This document shows, piece after piece, positions 1-11,359 of a stretch of DNA of 64,000 bases (the stretch's first letter is position 1; each line of letters opens with the position of its first letter). The notes under the pieces are model-generated. The model was not told the DNA's origin, searched no databases, and saw only the letters and a list, made by a program, of their open reading frames with translations. Position numbers and translations under genes: made by a program. Source of the DNA: an uncultured Thermoleophilia bacterium (GTDB lineage Bacteria; Actinomycetota; Thermoleophilia; UBA2241); contig CAVQXS010000001.1 of assembly GCA_963717965.1 (NCBI GenBank), positions 2,755-66,754 on the forward strand. Reading direction: 5' to 3'.

Positions 1-213
1 GATGCGCGGCCCGCTGGTGGGGAAGCGCCCCAGCACGGGCCGCGAGTGCTTGTAGGAGCAGTGCTCGCTCCACATGAGCGAGTAGATGGCGAGCTCGACG
101 TAGGTCGGCTCGCGGTCCTGGATCCGCTTGATGTGTTCGTACTCGTCCTCGGTGAGCCCGAGCTTGATCGCCGCGGCGAGGTCGGCGGTGCGGTTCACGT
201 ACTGCGGGCTCAT
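1..213 (-). CDS. purL: Phosphoribosylformylglycinamidine synthase subunit PurL, N-terminal fragment running off the window
   Basis: Reverse-strand reading from ATG at 213 gives [61 protein letters not shown] overlap with the purQ stop. Gene order is purS-purQ-purL. Confidence 0.85.
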   Translation of the reverse strand, partial: MSPQYVNRTADLAAAIKLGLTEDEYEHIKRIQDREPTYVELAIYSLMWSEHCSYKHSRPVLGRFPTSGPRI

Positions 214-938
214 GCCGTCACCTCCGCGCCGCGCAGGGCGTCGATCATCGAGGCGAAGAACCGGCGTCCGTCGGCGCCGCCGGCCAGCTCGGCCTCCACG
301 GAGTTCTCCGGGTGCGGCATCATGCCGAAGACGTTGCGCGTGTCGTTGCAGACGCCGGCGATATCGTCGAGGGAGCCGTTGGGATTGGCGCCCTCGGCCC
401 GCTCGCCGGCGGCGTTCACGTAGCGCACGACGATCTGGTCGTTGGCCTTGAGCAGCTCGAAGGTCGCCGGGTCGACGGTGTAGTTGCCCTCGTTGTGCTT
501 GACGACGATGCGCAGCACCTCGCCCTGCTCACAGGCGCTGGTGAACGGCGTGTTCGCGGTCTCGACGCGGAGGTTGACGTACTTGCAGACGAACTTGAGA
601 CCAGTGTTCCGGATGAGGCCGCCGGGCAGGAGGCCGGCCTCGATCAGGATCTGGAAGCCGTTACAGATGCCCATCACGAGGCCGCCGCCGGCGGCGAAGT
701 CGGTGATGGACTGCATGATGGGGCTGAAGCGGGCGATGGCGCCGCAGCGCAGGTAGTCGCCGTAGCTGAAACCGCCGGGGATGACGATGCCGTCGACGCC
801 CTTGAGGTCGGTGTCCTTGTGCCAGAGGTACTCGGCGGTGACGCCGGGGAAGGTCTCGAGGCCGTGGTGCGTGTCGCCGTCGGTGTTGATCCCCGGGAAG
901 ACGACGACGCCGAGGCGCAGCGGGGCGGGGGAGCTCAT
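210..938 (-). CDS. purQ: Phosphoribosylformylglycinamidine synthase, glutaminase subunit PurQ
   Basis: 242-aa ORF with amidotransferase motifs [17 protein letters not shown] and MMPHPE. Lies directly downstream of purS. Confidence 0.95.
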   Translation of the reverse strand: MSSPAPLRLGVVVFPGINTDGDTHHGLETFPGVTAEYLWHKDTDLKGVDGIVIPGGFSYGDYLRCGAIARFSPIMQSITDFAAGGGLVMGICNGFQILIEAGLLPGGLIRNTGLKFVCKYVNLRVETANTPFTSACEQGEVLRIVVKHNEGNYTVDPATFELLKANDQIVVRYVNAAGERAEGANPNGSLDDIAGVCNDTRNVFGMMPHPENSVEAELAGGADGRRFFASMIDALRGAEVTA

Positions 939-945
939 GCCGGCC

Positions 946-1197
946 TCACCCCTCGGTGATCTCGAAGGTGTAGTCCTCGATGATCGGGTTGGAGAGAAGC
1001 TTGCGGCACATGTCGTCGACTTCGGCGCGGGCGGCCTCTTCGGTGAGGCCCGCGCCCTCGATGGTGAGGTCGATGATCTTGCCGATGCGCACCCCGCTCA
1101 CCCCCTCGAACCCGAGGTTGGGGAGCGACCGCTCGACGGCCGCGCCCTGAGGGTCGAGGATGCCTTGTTTGGGGGTCACGTAGACGCGCACGTTCAT
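946..1197 (-). CDS. purS: Phosphoribosylformylglycinamidine synthase subunit PurS
   Basis: 83-aa ORF MNVRVYVTPKQGILDPQGAAVERSL..., with PurS size and sequence. Immediately upstream of purQ. Confidence 0.9.
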   Translation of the reverse strand: MNVRVYVTPKQGILDPQGAAVERSLPNLGFEGVSGVRIGKIIDLTIEGAGLTEEAARAEVDDMCRKLLSNPIIEDYTFEITEG

Positions 1198-1337
1198 CGA
1201 CTCACCTGCCCGGAGAGTTGGTACGGGGACGGGCCAGAGTCTATCGCAGATGAGCGGGTCGCCGTGACGGAGCGTTTGAAGAGGGGAATAGGCGACTCAG
1301 GCAGGTGTGAGACCTCAGACGATGCGTGGAGGCGACG

Positions 1338-2525
1338 ATGGCGCGAGTACAGATGTATTCGATGGAGTGGTGCCCGTACTGTGCGAAGGCCAAGGCGCTG
1401 CTGGCCGCCAAGGACATCGAGTACGACGAGGTCGACGTCACGCACGACGAGGAGGCCGCCCTCGCGATGATCGAGCGGACCGGCCAGCGAGGCGTGCCGC
1501 AGTTCTTCATCGACGGGAGCTGGGTGGGGGGCTACGACAACCTCGCCTATCTCAACGCGACCGGCGCGCTCGACCAGATGTTCGGCATCGAGACGACGGT
1601 CGACCTCGCGCGCGTGTGGGACGTGGCCGTGGTCGGCGGCGGACCGGCCGGACTCACGGCCGCGCTGTACGCCGCCCGCAAGAACCTCTCGACGATCCTC
1701 ATCGCCCTCGACCTCGGCGGCCAGGTCGGTGTCACCCACCTGGTGACCAACTACCCCGGGATGCCGGTGATCGAGGGTCCCGAGCTGGTGCGGCTGATGT
1801 TCGAGCAGGCCTACATGTACGGGCTCGAGCGGCTCATCGGCGAGCGCGTCTCCAATATCCGTGTCGACGGCCGCGCCAAGGTCCTCGAGCTGGTCTCGGG
1901 CAAAGAGGTCAAGGCGCGGTCCGTGATCGTCGCGAGCGGCGCCCAGAAGCGCCGCCTCGAGATCCCCGGCGAGGACGAGTTCGGCGGCCGCGGGGTGGTC
2001 TACTGCTCCACCTGCGACGGCCCGTTCTACCGCGACAAGACCATCGCCATCGTCGGCGGCGGCAACTCGGCCCTCGAGGCCGCGATCGAGATGAGCGGCA
2101 TCGCCAAACGGGTGCACGTCGTGAGCCGCAACCCCTGGAGCGGCGAGGAGATCCTCAAGGACAAGGCCGCGTCGGCGCCGGGCGTCAAGCAGCTCGTGGG
2201 CTACGAGCCCGTGGAGATCGCCGGCAACGAGGTGGTGGAGAAGCTCGTGCTGCGCAACCTCAAGAACGGCAAGTTGCGCACCCTCAAGGTGGACGGCGTC
2301 TTCATCGAGGTCGGGCTCTCGCCCAACTCCGACCTCATGCTCGACCTCGCCCACACCAACCAGCGGGGCGAGGTGGTGGTCGACGCCATGGGCGACACCG
2401 GCGTGCGCGGCATCTTCGCCGCCGGCGACGTCACGGCCACCAAGGACAAGCAGATCGTGATCGCCGCCGGCGAGGGCGCCAAGGCGGCTCTGGCGGCGTT
2501 CGACTACCTGATCACCCAGCGCTGA
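1338..2525 (+). CDS. Glutaredoxin-domain / thioredoxin-reductase-like flavoprotein fusion
   Basis: N-terminal Grx fold with WCPYCAKAK. Followed by GGGPAGLTAA, redox pair CSTC, GGGNSALE and FAAGD. ATG 1338 is preceded by GGAGG. Confidence 0.85.
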   Translation: MARVQMYSMEWCPYCAKAKALLAAKDIEYDEVDVTHDEEAALAMIERTGQRGVPQFFIDGSWVGGYDNLAYLNATGALDQMFGIETTVDLARVWDVAVVGGGPAGLTAALYAARKNLSTILIALDLGGQVGVTHLVTNYPGMPVIEGPELVRLMFEQAYMYGLERLIGERVSNIRVDGRAKVLELVSGKEVKARSVIVASGAQKRRLEIPGEDEFGGRGVVYCSTCDGPFYRDKTIAIVGGGNSALEAAIEMSGIAKRVHVVSRNPWSGEEILKDKAASAPGVKQLVGYEPVEIAGNEVVEKLVLRNLKNGKLRTLKVDGVFIEVGLSPNSDLMLDLAHTNQRGEVVVDAMGDTGVRGIFAAGDVTATKDKQIVIAAGEGAKAALAAFDYLITQR

Positions 2526-2546
2526 GGACGACGCGCCGGCGCCTCG

Positions 2547-4362
2547 TCAGGCGCTGCCGGTGTGCTCGAGGATGAAGTCGACCGTGCGGCGGTCGTAGTC
2601 GACGCGGTGCTTGAGCCCGCTGATCTCGTGGCCCTCGTCCGGATACACGATGTAGTCGCAGATGCGGCCGCGTGCCCGCAGGCGCTTCGCGACCTCAGTG
2701 ATCTGGCGAGGAGGGCAGCGCGGGTCGAGGGCGCCGCCGAGAAGCAGGAGCGGCGCCTCCACGTCGCTCGAGATGATTGATCGGCGAGTAGTACTCGAGC
2801 CTCGCCCTGTCCTTCTCGATGTCGCCGCTGTTCTCGCGGTCCCACCAGCGCAGGTCCTCGCGGATGGCCGGGTCGATCTGGCTGTCGATGAAGTCGAAGA
2901 ACGGGACGCCGGCTACGCCGGCCGCCCACAGATCGGGGAACTGGGTGACGGCGGCCATCGTGTGAAAGCCGCCCCAGCTGCGACCCGTGATCGCGATGCG
3001 CCGCGGGTCGCAGCCGTGCTGCACGAGGAACTCGTGCGCCGCCGCCACGTCGAGCACCTCGCCCTGGCCCATGAGCCAGCGGTTGGCGAGCTGCCAGCGA
3101 CGGCCGTAGCCGTCGCTGCCGCGGTAGTTGGGGTGGAGGACGGTCAGTCCGGCGACGACGAACGCCTGTCGAAGCACGTCCCACTCGTTGGAGTGGTGCC
3201 AGGTCGGGCCGCCGTGGACGATGACGACGGCGGCCCCGTTGGGCTCGTCCGGCTCGACGAGGATGCCCGGGACCTCGGCCAGGTGGTCCCAGCTCGTGAA
3301 CCAGACCGGGCTGCCGGAGGCGAAGGGCGTCTCGCGGAGCTTCTCCGGCAGCGACTGCGGTGAGCGCGCTCACGTCGCCGTCGGCGAGCTCGACGCGGTA
3401 GAGGTCCGGAGGCGCGTCCGGGCCGCTCAGGACGCAGACGAGGGCGGCGCCGTCGGGCGTGAAGCACGGCGCGTAGTGGTTGCCGGGCCCGATGCTGTAC
3501 TCGATCACCGAGCCGTCGCGAAGGTCGATGTGGCAGAGGCCGGTCTCGCCCTCGACGTCGACGAGGAAGGCGAGCGCGGCGCCGTCCGGGGCCCAGGCCG
3601 GATGGTGGGCGTCGACGTGATCGTCCTCCCAGGCCCAGCTGATGGAGCCCGTCGCGAGCTCGTAGATGCCGATCGCCGGGTGGTCGCCCGGCCCCCCCGA
3701 GAAGGCGATGCGCCGCCCGTCGGGCGACCAGGCGAGCTGGCCGGCGAAGTAGTCCTCGGAGCCGCCGAGCGATGCTGGTCGCGCCGGACTCGGCGTCGAT
3801 GACGAAGATCGCCGTGTCCTGACCGTGGGTGCCGCTGGTCACGGCCAGTCGCGCGCCGTCTGGCGACCAGCGCGGCGAGCATTCCGTGTACGGGTGCTCG
3901 GTCAGGTGCCTGATCGCGGCCTCCCCGAGGCCAGGCTCCGCCGGCATCACGGCCACGGCGTAGCCGGCGCCGTGCGCGACCGTCAGCGCGAGCTGCCTGC
4001 CGTCCGGCGAGATGTCGGGGTCGGGGAGCGGGGCGAGGGTGGAGAGTGTCGGGCAGAAGGTTGATGAGCTCGCCGGACGCCATCTCGTACCGGTAGACGT
4101 CGTAGCACTCGGAGCCGCGGTCGTCGCAGGTGAAGTAGAGGAAGCGGCCGTCGGGCGAGAACTGCGGGCAGCCGCAGCGGTCGCTGAGGCCACCGATGCG
4201 CACCGGCTCACCGTCCGGCAGCGTCTTGAGGAAGATCTGCCAGTCGCCGTCGTGATACCACTCGAAGGCGACGGCCTCGCCGCCGGGCGCCAGCGCGAAG
4301 GGCCGGTAGTCCTGTCCGACGGCCGGCGCTGCCGCCAGCTGCTCGATGAGCGACTTTCCCAC
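2547..4362 (-). pseudogene. S9 prolyl-oligopeptidase-family peptidase (beta-propeller plus alpha/beta hydrolase), frame broken about four times
   Basis: Propeller repeats FSPDGR, ISPDGRQ, WSPDGAR, WAPDGAA. Hydrolase part has HGGP, the GRSWGG nucleophile elbow and DEGH. The frame must be switched near 4045, 3770, 3360 and 2768 to keep the protein. Confidence 0.75.
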
Positions 4363-4731
4363 GGCTGTGCCTCCCGAGTGATCCTGCGACGGTGTGCGGC
4401 CGCGGCGTCCACACCTGCCGCGCCGCGGCCTCGTGCCCGGGACAGTCTAGCGTCCGCCGGGCCCGCTCGCATACGCGGAGGGCCTCGTCCGGAAGGGCCG
4501 GAGAGCGGCCGAGGACCGCCGCCGCGACGGTGCGGCGCCGCCGCCATCTCCACCCTGGGTATGACGACGGCGCCGGCCGCCGCGTCTATGCTGGCTCTCG
4601 CCAGGATCACCTGCCCACCGCGCTCCCCGCGCCGGCGGCGATCAGGGCCGACCGATCGGGCGGCCCGGCCGGCGCCGGGGGAGGTGATGGCGGTGATGGC
4701 GACGCGAGAGGCGGCGTCCGCCGCGCGCGGC

Positions 4732-5028
4732 TCAGCCGCGCGTCTCGGCGAAGGTCTTGAACTGCTGGAGGTCGCGCTCGAGGTGCTCCGCCACCTTGGC
4801 CTCGTCGCCGTGGAACTCCACCGCGACGCTTACGCGCGTGCGGTCGCCGGGCAGTCCCTCGAGCCTCACGATCCCGCTCTCTTCGGCGTCGTCCGCCGGT
4901 GTCCACTCGATCTCGGCGGCGGCGGTGCGGTAGTGGCCGACGAGCGTGCGGAACATGAACTCCGTCCACTCCTGGTCGACGTTGCCGATCGCGGCGTCTA
5001 CATCGATCGACCGGGTGAGCTCAGCCAT
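4732..5028 (-). CDS. Small hypothetical protein, possibly SRPBCC-like
   Basis: 98-aa ORF MAELTRSIDVDAAIGNVDQEWTEF... ATG 5028 is preceded by GGAGG at 5-nt spacing. Family assignment is weak. Confidence 0.5.
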   Translation of the reverse strand: MAELTRSIDVDAAIGNVDQEWTEFMFRTLVGHYRTAAAEIEWTPADDAEESGIVRLEGLPGDRTRVSVAVEFHGDEAKVAEHLERDLQQFKTFAETRG

Positions 5029-5192
5029 GGATGCCTCCACTGCTGTGGGTTTGCTTCAGGGGTCCAGTGTCCCCGGACGGTCCATTCCTCAAGCGCGTTG
5101 CCGCTGTGACCGAGACCCCCACCCCCGACCTCCCCAGGGGGGCCGGCGGCCCGCTCCGGCGGGCCGCCGGCCGGGACTCTTCGAGCGCGGCG

Positions 5193-5780
5193 ATGGCCGT
5201 CGTGCTCGAGCCGGATCCGCTGGCGCGGCTGCTCGTCGTGCCGGCCGTTGTCGCCCTCGGCTTCGCCGTCGCCGAAGACGCCTCCGGCGCGCCGGAGCGC
5301 CACCGGCCGGCGGCGGTCTTCGTGCCGTTGCACCGCGAGGACGACTGCCGCCGCGCCTGCGCGGCGGCGCGCGGCGCCCACGATCCCGGCGGGCGTGCTC
5401 CACTCGTCGTCGGCTACGGCGCGGGGCCGCCGGCGGTGCTCGCCGCGCACCTCGTGCACGGCTGCGCCGACGCCGTGCTGCGGCTGGAGGCCGCCGCCGG
5501 CCGGCCCTGCCTGGCGTATCTGCCGGCCGGCGGCGCGGTGACGGCGGCCGGCCTCACGGCGCGCGAGGCCGACGCGCTCGTCCTGCTGCTGCGAGGCCTG
5601 ACCACCCAGAGCATCGCCGCTCGCCTCTGCGTCTCGACGAGCACGGCGCGCAGCCACTGCCGGGCGGTGCTGCGCAAGCTCGGGGCCGGCGACCGGCGGG
5701 CGCTGCGCGCCCGGCTCCTCGCCGGCCCCGCCGACGCGCCGTCCGGGCCGCCGGTCACCGCGGCCCCGAGGTTTGACTAG
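5193..5780 (+). CDS. LuxR-family transcriptional regulator (C-terminal HTH); start uncertain
   Basis: C-terminal LTAREADALVLLLRGLTTQSIAARLCVSTSTARSHCRAVLRKLG. Ends in TAG 5778..5780. No clear RBS for any candidate start. Confidence 0.6.
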   Translation: MAVVLEPDPLARLLVVPAVVALGFAVAEDASGAPERHRPAAVFVPLHREDDCRRACAAARGAHDPGGRAPLVVGYGAGPPAVLAAHLVHGCADAVLRLEAAAGRPCLAYLPAGGAVTAAGLTAREADALVLLLRGLTTQSIAARLCVSTSTARSHCRAVLRKLGAGDRRALRARLLAGPADAPSGPPVTAAPRFD

Positions 5781-5925
5781 GCCACCGCGCCAACTTCGCC
5801 GAGGAATCCGTCATGGCGACGCCGGGGCCGCCCGCGCCGCCGGTCATCGCGGCCCCGAGGTTTGACTAGGCCACCGCGCCAACTTCGCCGAGGAATCCGT
5901 CATGGCGACGCCGGGGCCGCCCGCG
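5748..5925. repeat. Tandem direct duplication, 2 x 89 bp, one mismatch
   Basis: Unit cgccggtca[c/t]cgcggccccgaggtttgactaggccaccgcgccaacttcgccgaggaatccgtcatggcgacgccggggccgcccgcgc occurs at 5748..5836 and 5837..5925. It covers the last codons and TAG of the LuxR gene. Confidence 0.85.
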
Positions 5926-6025
5926 CATACTCGATGACAGGTCGTGCGCCCGCTGTTGTGCTCCACGTCCGGGGCCGTCTATGGTGGGCCGAGCACGAGG
6001 CCGAGGCCGAGGAGGACGTCGCCCG

Positions 6026-7459
6026 ATGCAGACGCAGATCCAGGTCCTCTCCGAGGACGAGAAGGCGCAGGTCCACGAGCGCACGCTCACGGTGCTGAGC
6101 ACCGTCGGCATGCGCTGCGACACCGCGGAGGGGCGCCGGATCCTCGCCGCCGCCGGCGCCCTCGTCGACGAGGGCGCGCGTAGGGTCCGTTTCCCGCCGG
6201 AACTGGTCGAGAGCCTGCTGGCGCGGGCCACGCGGCGGTTCACCGTGCACGGGCGGCGCCCGGACTGGAGCTTCCCGGTGGGCGCCGGCGCCTTCACGCT
6301 CCTGGCGGACGGCGGCGCCACGGCGGTCTTCGACACGACGACCGGGGAGCGCCGCCCCACCACGGCCGGCGACTGGCGGGCGGCGACGCGGCTGCTCGAC
6401 GCGCTGGACGACGTCGGCTTCTACTGGTGCCCCACCGATTACGCCGCGGACTACGAGCAGCCCGGGGGCTTCGTGCGCTACTACGCCGATGTGTTCGGCA
6501 CCTTCGGCAAACACGTCCAGGACTCGTTCGGGACGCCCGAGCTGGCGCCGTGGCTCAAGGAGGTCCTCGATATCGTCTTCGGCGGGCCCGAGACGGTGCG
6601 CGCCCGCATGCCGCTGTCGTTCCTGATCACCCCGGCCTCACCGCTGACCATCGAGCACGACTACACGCAGACCTGGCTCGAGCTGCGCGACTACGGCCTG
6701 CCGGTGGCGGTGATGCCGATGCCGCTGCAGGGCGCGACCGCGCCCGGCAGCCGGCTCGGCACCCTGCTGGCCGCCAACTGCGAGACGATCGGCACGCTGT
6801 GCCTCGTCCAGGCGGCCGCGCCCGGCACGCCGGTGTTCTACGCACCGGTGGTGGCGACGATGGACCCGCGCACCGGGCTCTACGCCGCCGGCGCGGTGGA
6901 GCACGCTGTCCTCTCGGTGGCAGGCACGGAGATGGCCCGCTGGTACGGCCTGCCGGCCGAGTCCTCGGGCCTCTGCACGCAGACCTACGAACCGGACCTG
7001 CAGACCGCCTGGGAGAAGGCGAACGGCGGCCTGCTCACCGTCCTCGCCGACCCGGACGTGCTCGTCGGCCCCGGACTGCTCGGGGGCGCCACCATCCTCT
7101 GCCTCGAGCAGATCGTCATGGACGTCGAGGTCGTCCGGCGCGCCCGGCAGGCCAGGACCGGCGTGCCGGTGCGTGACGACCTGTGGCTCGACGAGGTCCT
7201 CGACACGGTGGGACCGTGCGGCTCGTTCCTCGGCGAGCGCTCGACCCGCAGCGGCGTGCGCAGCGGCGAGTGGCGGCTCAGCGACTACGGCGTCCAGGGC
7301 AGCTGGGACGCGTGGCGGGTGGCGGGGTCGCCGACCACCGTCGCCGCCGCCCGTGAGCGCGTCGAGAGCATCCTCGCCGGTCAGGTCTCGCTGCCATATA
7401 GCGACGACCAGGCGGCGGCCCTCGCGGCGCTGCAGCGCCGCGCCGACGCCGCCTCGTAG
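6026..7459 (+). CDS. MttB-superfamily methyltransferase without in-frame TAG (non-pyrrolysine member; substrate unknown)
   Basis: 477 aa from MQTQIQVLSEDEKAQVHERTLTVLSTVGMRC..., with GAGGAGG upstream. Collinear by eye with the TAG-containing MttB at 33775, for example LPAESSGLCTQTYEPDLQTAWEK versus LPSYIAGA-TAG-GDSKLGDAQTGHEK. Confidence 0.85.
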   Translation: MQTQIQVLSEDEKAQVHERTLTVLSTVGMRCDTAEGRRILAAAGALVDEGARRVRFPPELVESLLARATRRFTVHGRRPDWSFPVGAGAFTLLADGGATAVFDTTTGERRPTTAGDWRAATRLLDALDDVGFYWCPTDYAADYEQPGGFVRYYADVFGTFGKHVQDSFGTPELAPWLKEVLDIVFGGPETVRARMPLSFLITPASPLTIEHDYTQTWLELRDYGLPVAVMPMPLQGATAPGSRLGTLLAANCETIGTLCLVQAAAPGTPVFYAPVVATMDPRTGLYAAGAVEHAVLSVAGTEMARWYGLPAESSGLCTQTYEPDLQTAWEKANGGLLTVLADPDVLVGPGLLGGATILCLEQIVMDVEVVRRARQARTGVPVRDDLWLDEVLDTVGPCGSFLGERSTRSGVRSGEWRLSDYGVQGSWDAWRVAGSPTTVAAARERVESILAGQVSLPYSDDQAAALAALQRRADAAS

Positions 7460-7517
7460 CCGCAGGGGGTCACGTCGCGCGACCGCCCACCCGCCCGGCG
7501 ACGGCCGGCCTCAGCCC

Positions 7518-8822
<1,305 letters not shown>

Positions 8823-8905
8823 CGTACTCCTGGACGTCGCGGGCACAACGACGCGAGCCGCCGCTGCGTTCAAGCGTGCGGCAAGTATAGCGGGGTGCGA
8901 AACGG

Positions 8906-10430
8906 CTACGGGCGGATGACGACCGACATCCCGATGACCACCCTCGAGTAGAGGTCCTCGACCTCCCAGATGTGCATGCGGATGCAGCCGTGCGACGCGT
9001 AGGTGCCGATCGAGGAGTCGTCGGGGGTGCCGTGGATGCCGACGCCGGGGGCGCTGGTGCCGATCCAGCGCGTGCCCAGCGGGTTGTCGACGCCCGGAGG
9101 GATGGGCTTGGCGTCCTTCGCCCAGTCCGAGTTCGGCGGGAGCCACGTGGGGTTCATCTGCATCGAGGTGACCACGTACGAGCCCGTGGGCGTGGGATAC
9201 GCGGACTGGCCGGTCGCCACGGGGTAGCTCTTCACGAGCGCGCCGTTGCGATACAGGTACAGACGCAGGTCGCCGATGTCGACGACGATCTGGCCGCTGA
9301 GCGCGGTGAGCACGTTCCCGCCGACGATGCCGTCGACCTCGAGGCCGTACTTGGCCTGCAGCTTGCGGACGGCCTTCTCCGTGTCGGAGTCGTAGAATCC
9401 GCGACTTCTTGCCCGAGTACACGTCCGCGTTGATGAGCTTGGACTGCAGCTCCTTGACATCCTTGCCGCGAGCGCCGGGCCACAGCGTCGCCGAGCCAAA
9501 GCGCTCGGTGCTGTCCACGACGAAGGACTGCTTGTCGGTCACGACGTTGCCGCCCTTGTCGGCGGCGGTCACGACCACGGTGTGCCGACCCTGGGCGAGG
9601 TCCTTGACCTTGAATCGGGCCTTGGAGGCCGGGCCCGTCAGCTCGCGCTCCTCGCCATCGAAGACGAGCTTGACCGCGGGCACGCCGAGCTGGTCGGTGG
9701 CCTTGACGCGCAGCGTGACGGCGGCGTGCTTGACGGTCTTGTCGAGCTGCGTGGTCTTCAGGGTGGGGGGCACGGCATCGACGAAGACGCGGAGCCTCTT
9801 GGTCGTCGCGTTGCCGGCCCTGTCGGCCGTCGTGATCTCGACGCTGGAGGCGCCTTCGGGCAGATCGGCGCTCACCGCGTAGGCGCCCGCGGCGTCCGCC
9901 GTCCCGCTGGCGGTGATGGCGCCGTCGACCACGGTGACCGTCGCGTACGGCTCCGTCTTGCCGCTGAAGGTGGCGGGGTCGGTGTTGATGCGGCCCTCTT
10001 CCGCGCCGCCCTCGAGCTTGAGGGTCGGGATGCGCGTGTCGACGGTGAAGCGCCAGTCTTTGCGCACGTCGTGGCGGAAGAGGTTGGAGCTGGTCGCGCT
10101 GAAGGCGACGGCGTGGGCGCCGTCGGCGAGCTCGCCGGTGGTGAACGTGAGCGTATCTCCCTCGAAGGTGGCGGCGGCGGTGATGTCTTCGCCGTCGAGG
10201 GTGACGGCCATGTCCTTGAGCTTGGACAGCCCGTTGACGTTGAGGACCACCGTGGGCGAGGGGCTCTTGACGTACGTGTCCGGGCCGGGCGTCACCGCGG
10301 AGACGCGGGGGACGCCGTAAAGCTGCCAGCCAACGACGGCCGCGAACACACAAACCGCCGCAACGACGATGTACGGCCAGCGGCGGCGGCGATGGTCAGT
10401 TCGATACAGTTGGTACTGAGCGTCCGGCAC
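8906..10430 (-). CDS. Membrane-anchored L,D-transpeptidase (YkuD) with Ig-like repeats and a peptidoglycan-binding domain; one frame change near 9400
   Basis: GTG start with a TM anchor. PG-binding TEKAVRKLQAKYGLEVDGIVG. Catalytic GIHGTPDDSSIGTYASHGCIRM. N- and C-terminal parts lie in different frames. Ends in TAG. Confidence 0.8.
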
Positions 10431-10588
10431 GGGCCCCTTCCTGGACGATTCTGCTCCTCATTATAGCGTGGAAATCGGCATTGTCCTCATCTTCCTGAAG
10501 CCCCGCCATGGGACGTCCGTCCAGACGTGCGCGCGAGGCGCGGGCGCCGGCGGGCAGGAAACCGCCCTCGGGCGCATAATCTCCGTCC

Positions 10589-11359
10589 ATGGATCATTCC
10601 CTCGACGATCTCCTCGCCGACGTCGCCGCCGGGCGGCTCGCCGCGGCCGACGGCGCCGAGCGTCTGCGCCGCCTTGGTTACGTCTCGGTGGGCGACTTCG
10701 CCTTCCTCGACGTCTCCCGCGCGGCGCGCAAGGGCGTGCCCGAGGTGGTGTACGCCGAGGGCAAGTCCGTCGACCAGGTGGTCGCCATCGTCCGGCGGTT
10801 CCTCGAGCACAACGCCGTGGTCCTCTGCAGCCGCGTCTCGGACGAGCAGGCGGCCGCGCTCGCCGGTGCCGCGGACGGCGCGGTGGAGCACGACCCTCGC
10901 AGCAGGGTCGTGATCGTGCGCCGCGCGGACGCGCCGCCGCCGCAGGTGCGCGGCGCGGTCGGCGTCCTCGCGGCCGGCACCAGCGACGTCGCCGTCGCCG
11001 GTGAGGCGGTCGCGATGATCCGCGCGATGGAGGTCGACGCCGTGACCGCCTTCGACGTCGGCGTCGCCGGGCTGCACCGGCTGGCCGCGCCGCTCGACGA
11101 GATGCGCGCCGCCGCGGTCGGCGCCGTGGTCGTCGCGGCGGGCATGGAGGGCGCCCTGCCCTCGGTCGTCGCCGGCCTCGTCGCCGTCCCCGTGATCGGC
11201 CTGCCGACCTCGACCGGCTACGGCTTCGGCGGCCGCGGTGAGGCGGCGCTCATGGGCATGCTTCAGAGCTGCAGCCCCGGCCTGGCCGTGGTGAACATCG
11301 ACAATGGGGTCGGCGCCGGCGCCACCGCCGCCCTCATCGCCCGCGGCGCCGCCGGATGA
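10589..11359 (+). CDS. larB: LarB-like, PurE-related nickel-pincer cofactor biosynthesis carboxylase/hydrolase
   Basis: 256 aa with RKGVPEVVYAEGKSVDQVV, AGTSDVAVAGEA, AAGMEGALPSVVAGL. Size and pattern fit COG1691/LarB. Confidence 0.75.
   Translation: MDHSLDDLLADVAAGRLAAADGAERLRRLGYVSVGDFAFLDVSRAARKGVPEVVYAEGKSVDQVVAIVRRFLEHNAVVLCSRVSDEQAAALAGAADGAVEHDPRSRVVIVRRADAPPPQVRGAVGVLAAGTSDVAVAGEAVAMIRAMEVDAVTAFDVGVAGLHRLAAPLDEMRAAAVGAVVVAAGMEGALPSVVAGLVAVPVIGLPTSTGYGFGGRGEAALMGMLQSCSPGLAVVNIDNGVGAGATAALIARGAAG

Noticed and set aside
4436-4460. Possible tRNA-Pyl: CTA exposed in a hairpin loop (gggac-agtctagc-gtcc)
   Set aside because: The loop is 8 nt rather than 7. I could not find an acceptor stem, a T-arm or the CUCUAAA-type loop around it. 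It is most likely a chance hairpin in the S9 peptidase upstream region.
5778-5780. Ordinary TAG stops (LuxR, the non-Pyl MttB paralogue, the quinone oxidoreductase and others) as further Pyl read-through sites
   Set aside because: Translation beyond these TAGs is short or becomes Arg-rich low complexity with no conserved continuation. This is unlike the mttB and mtbB internal TAGs.
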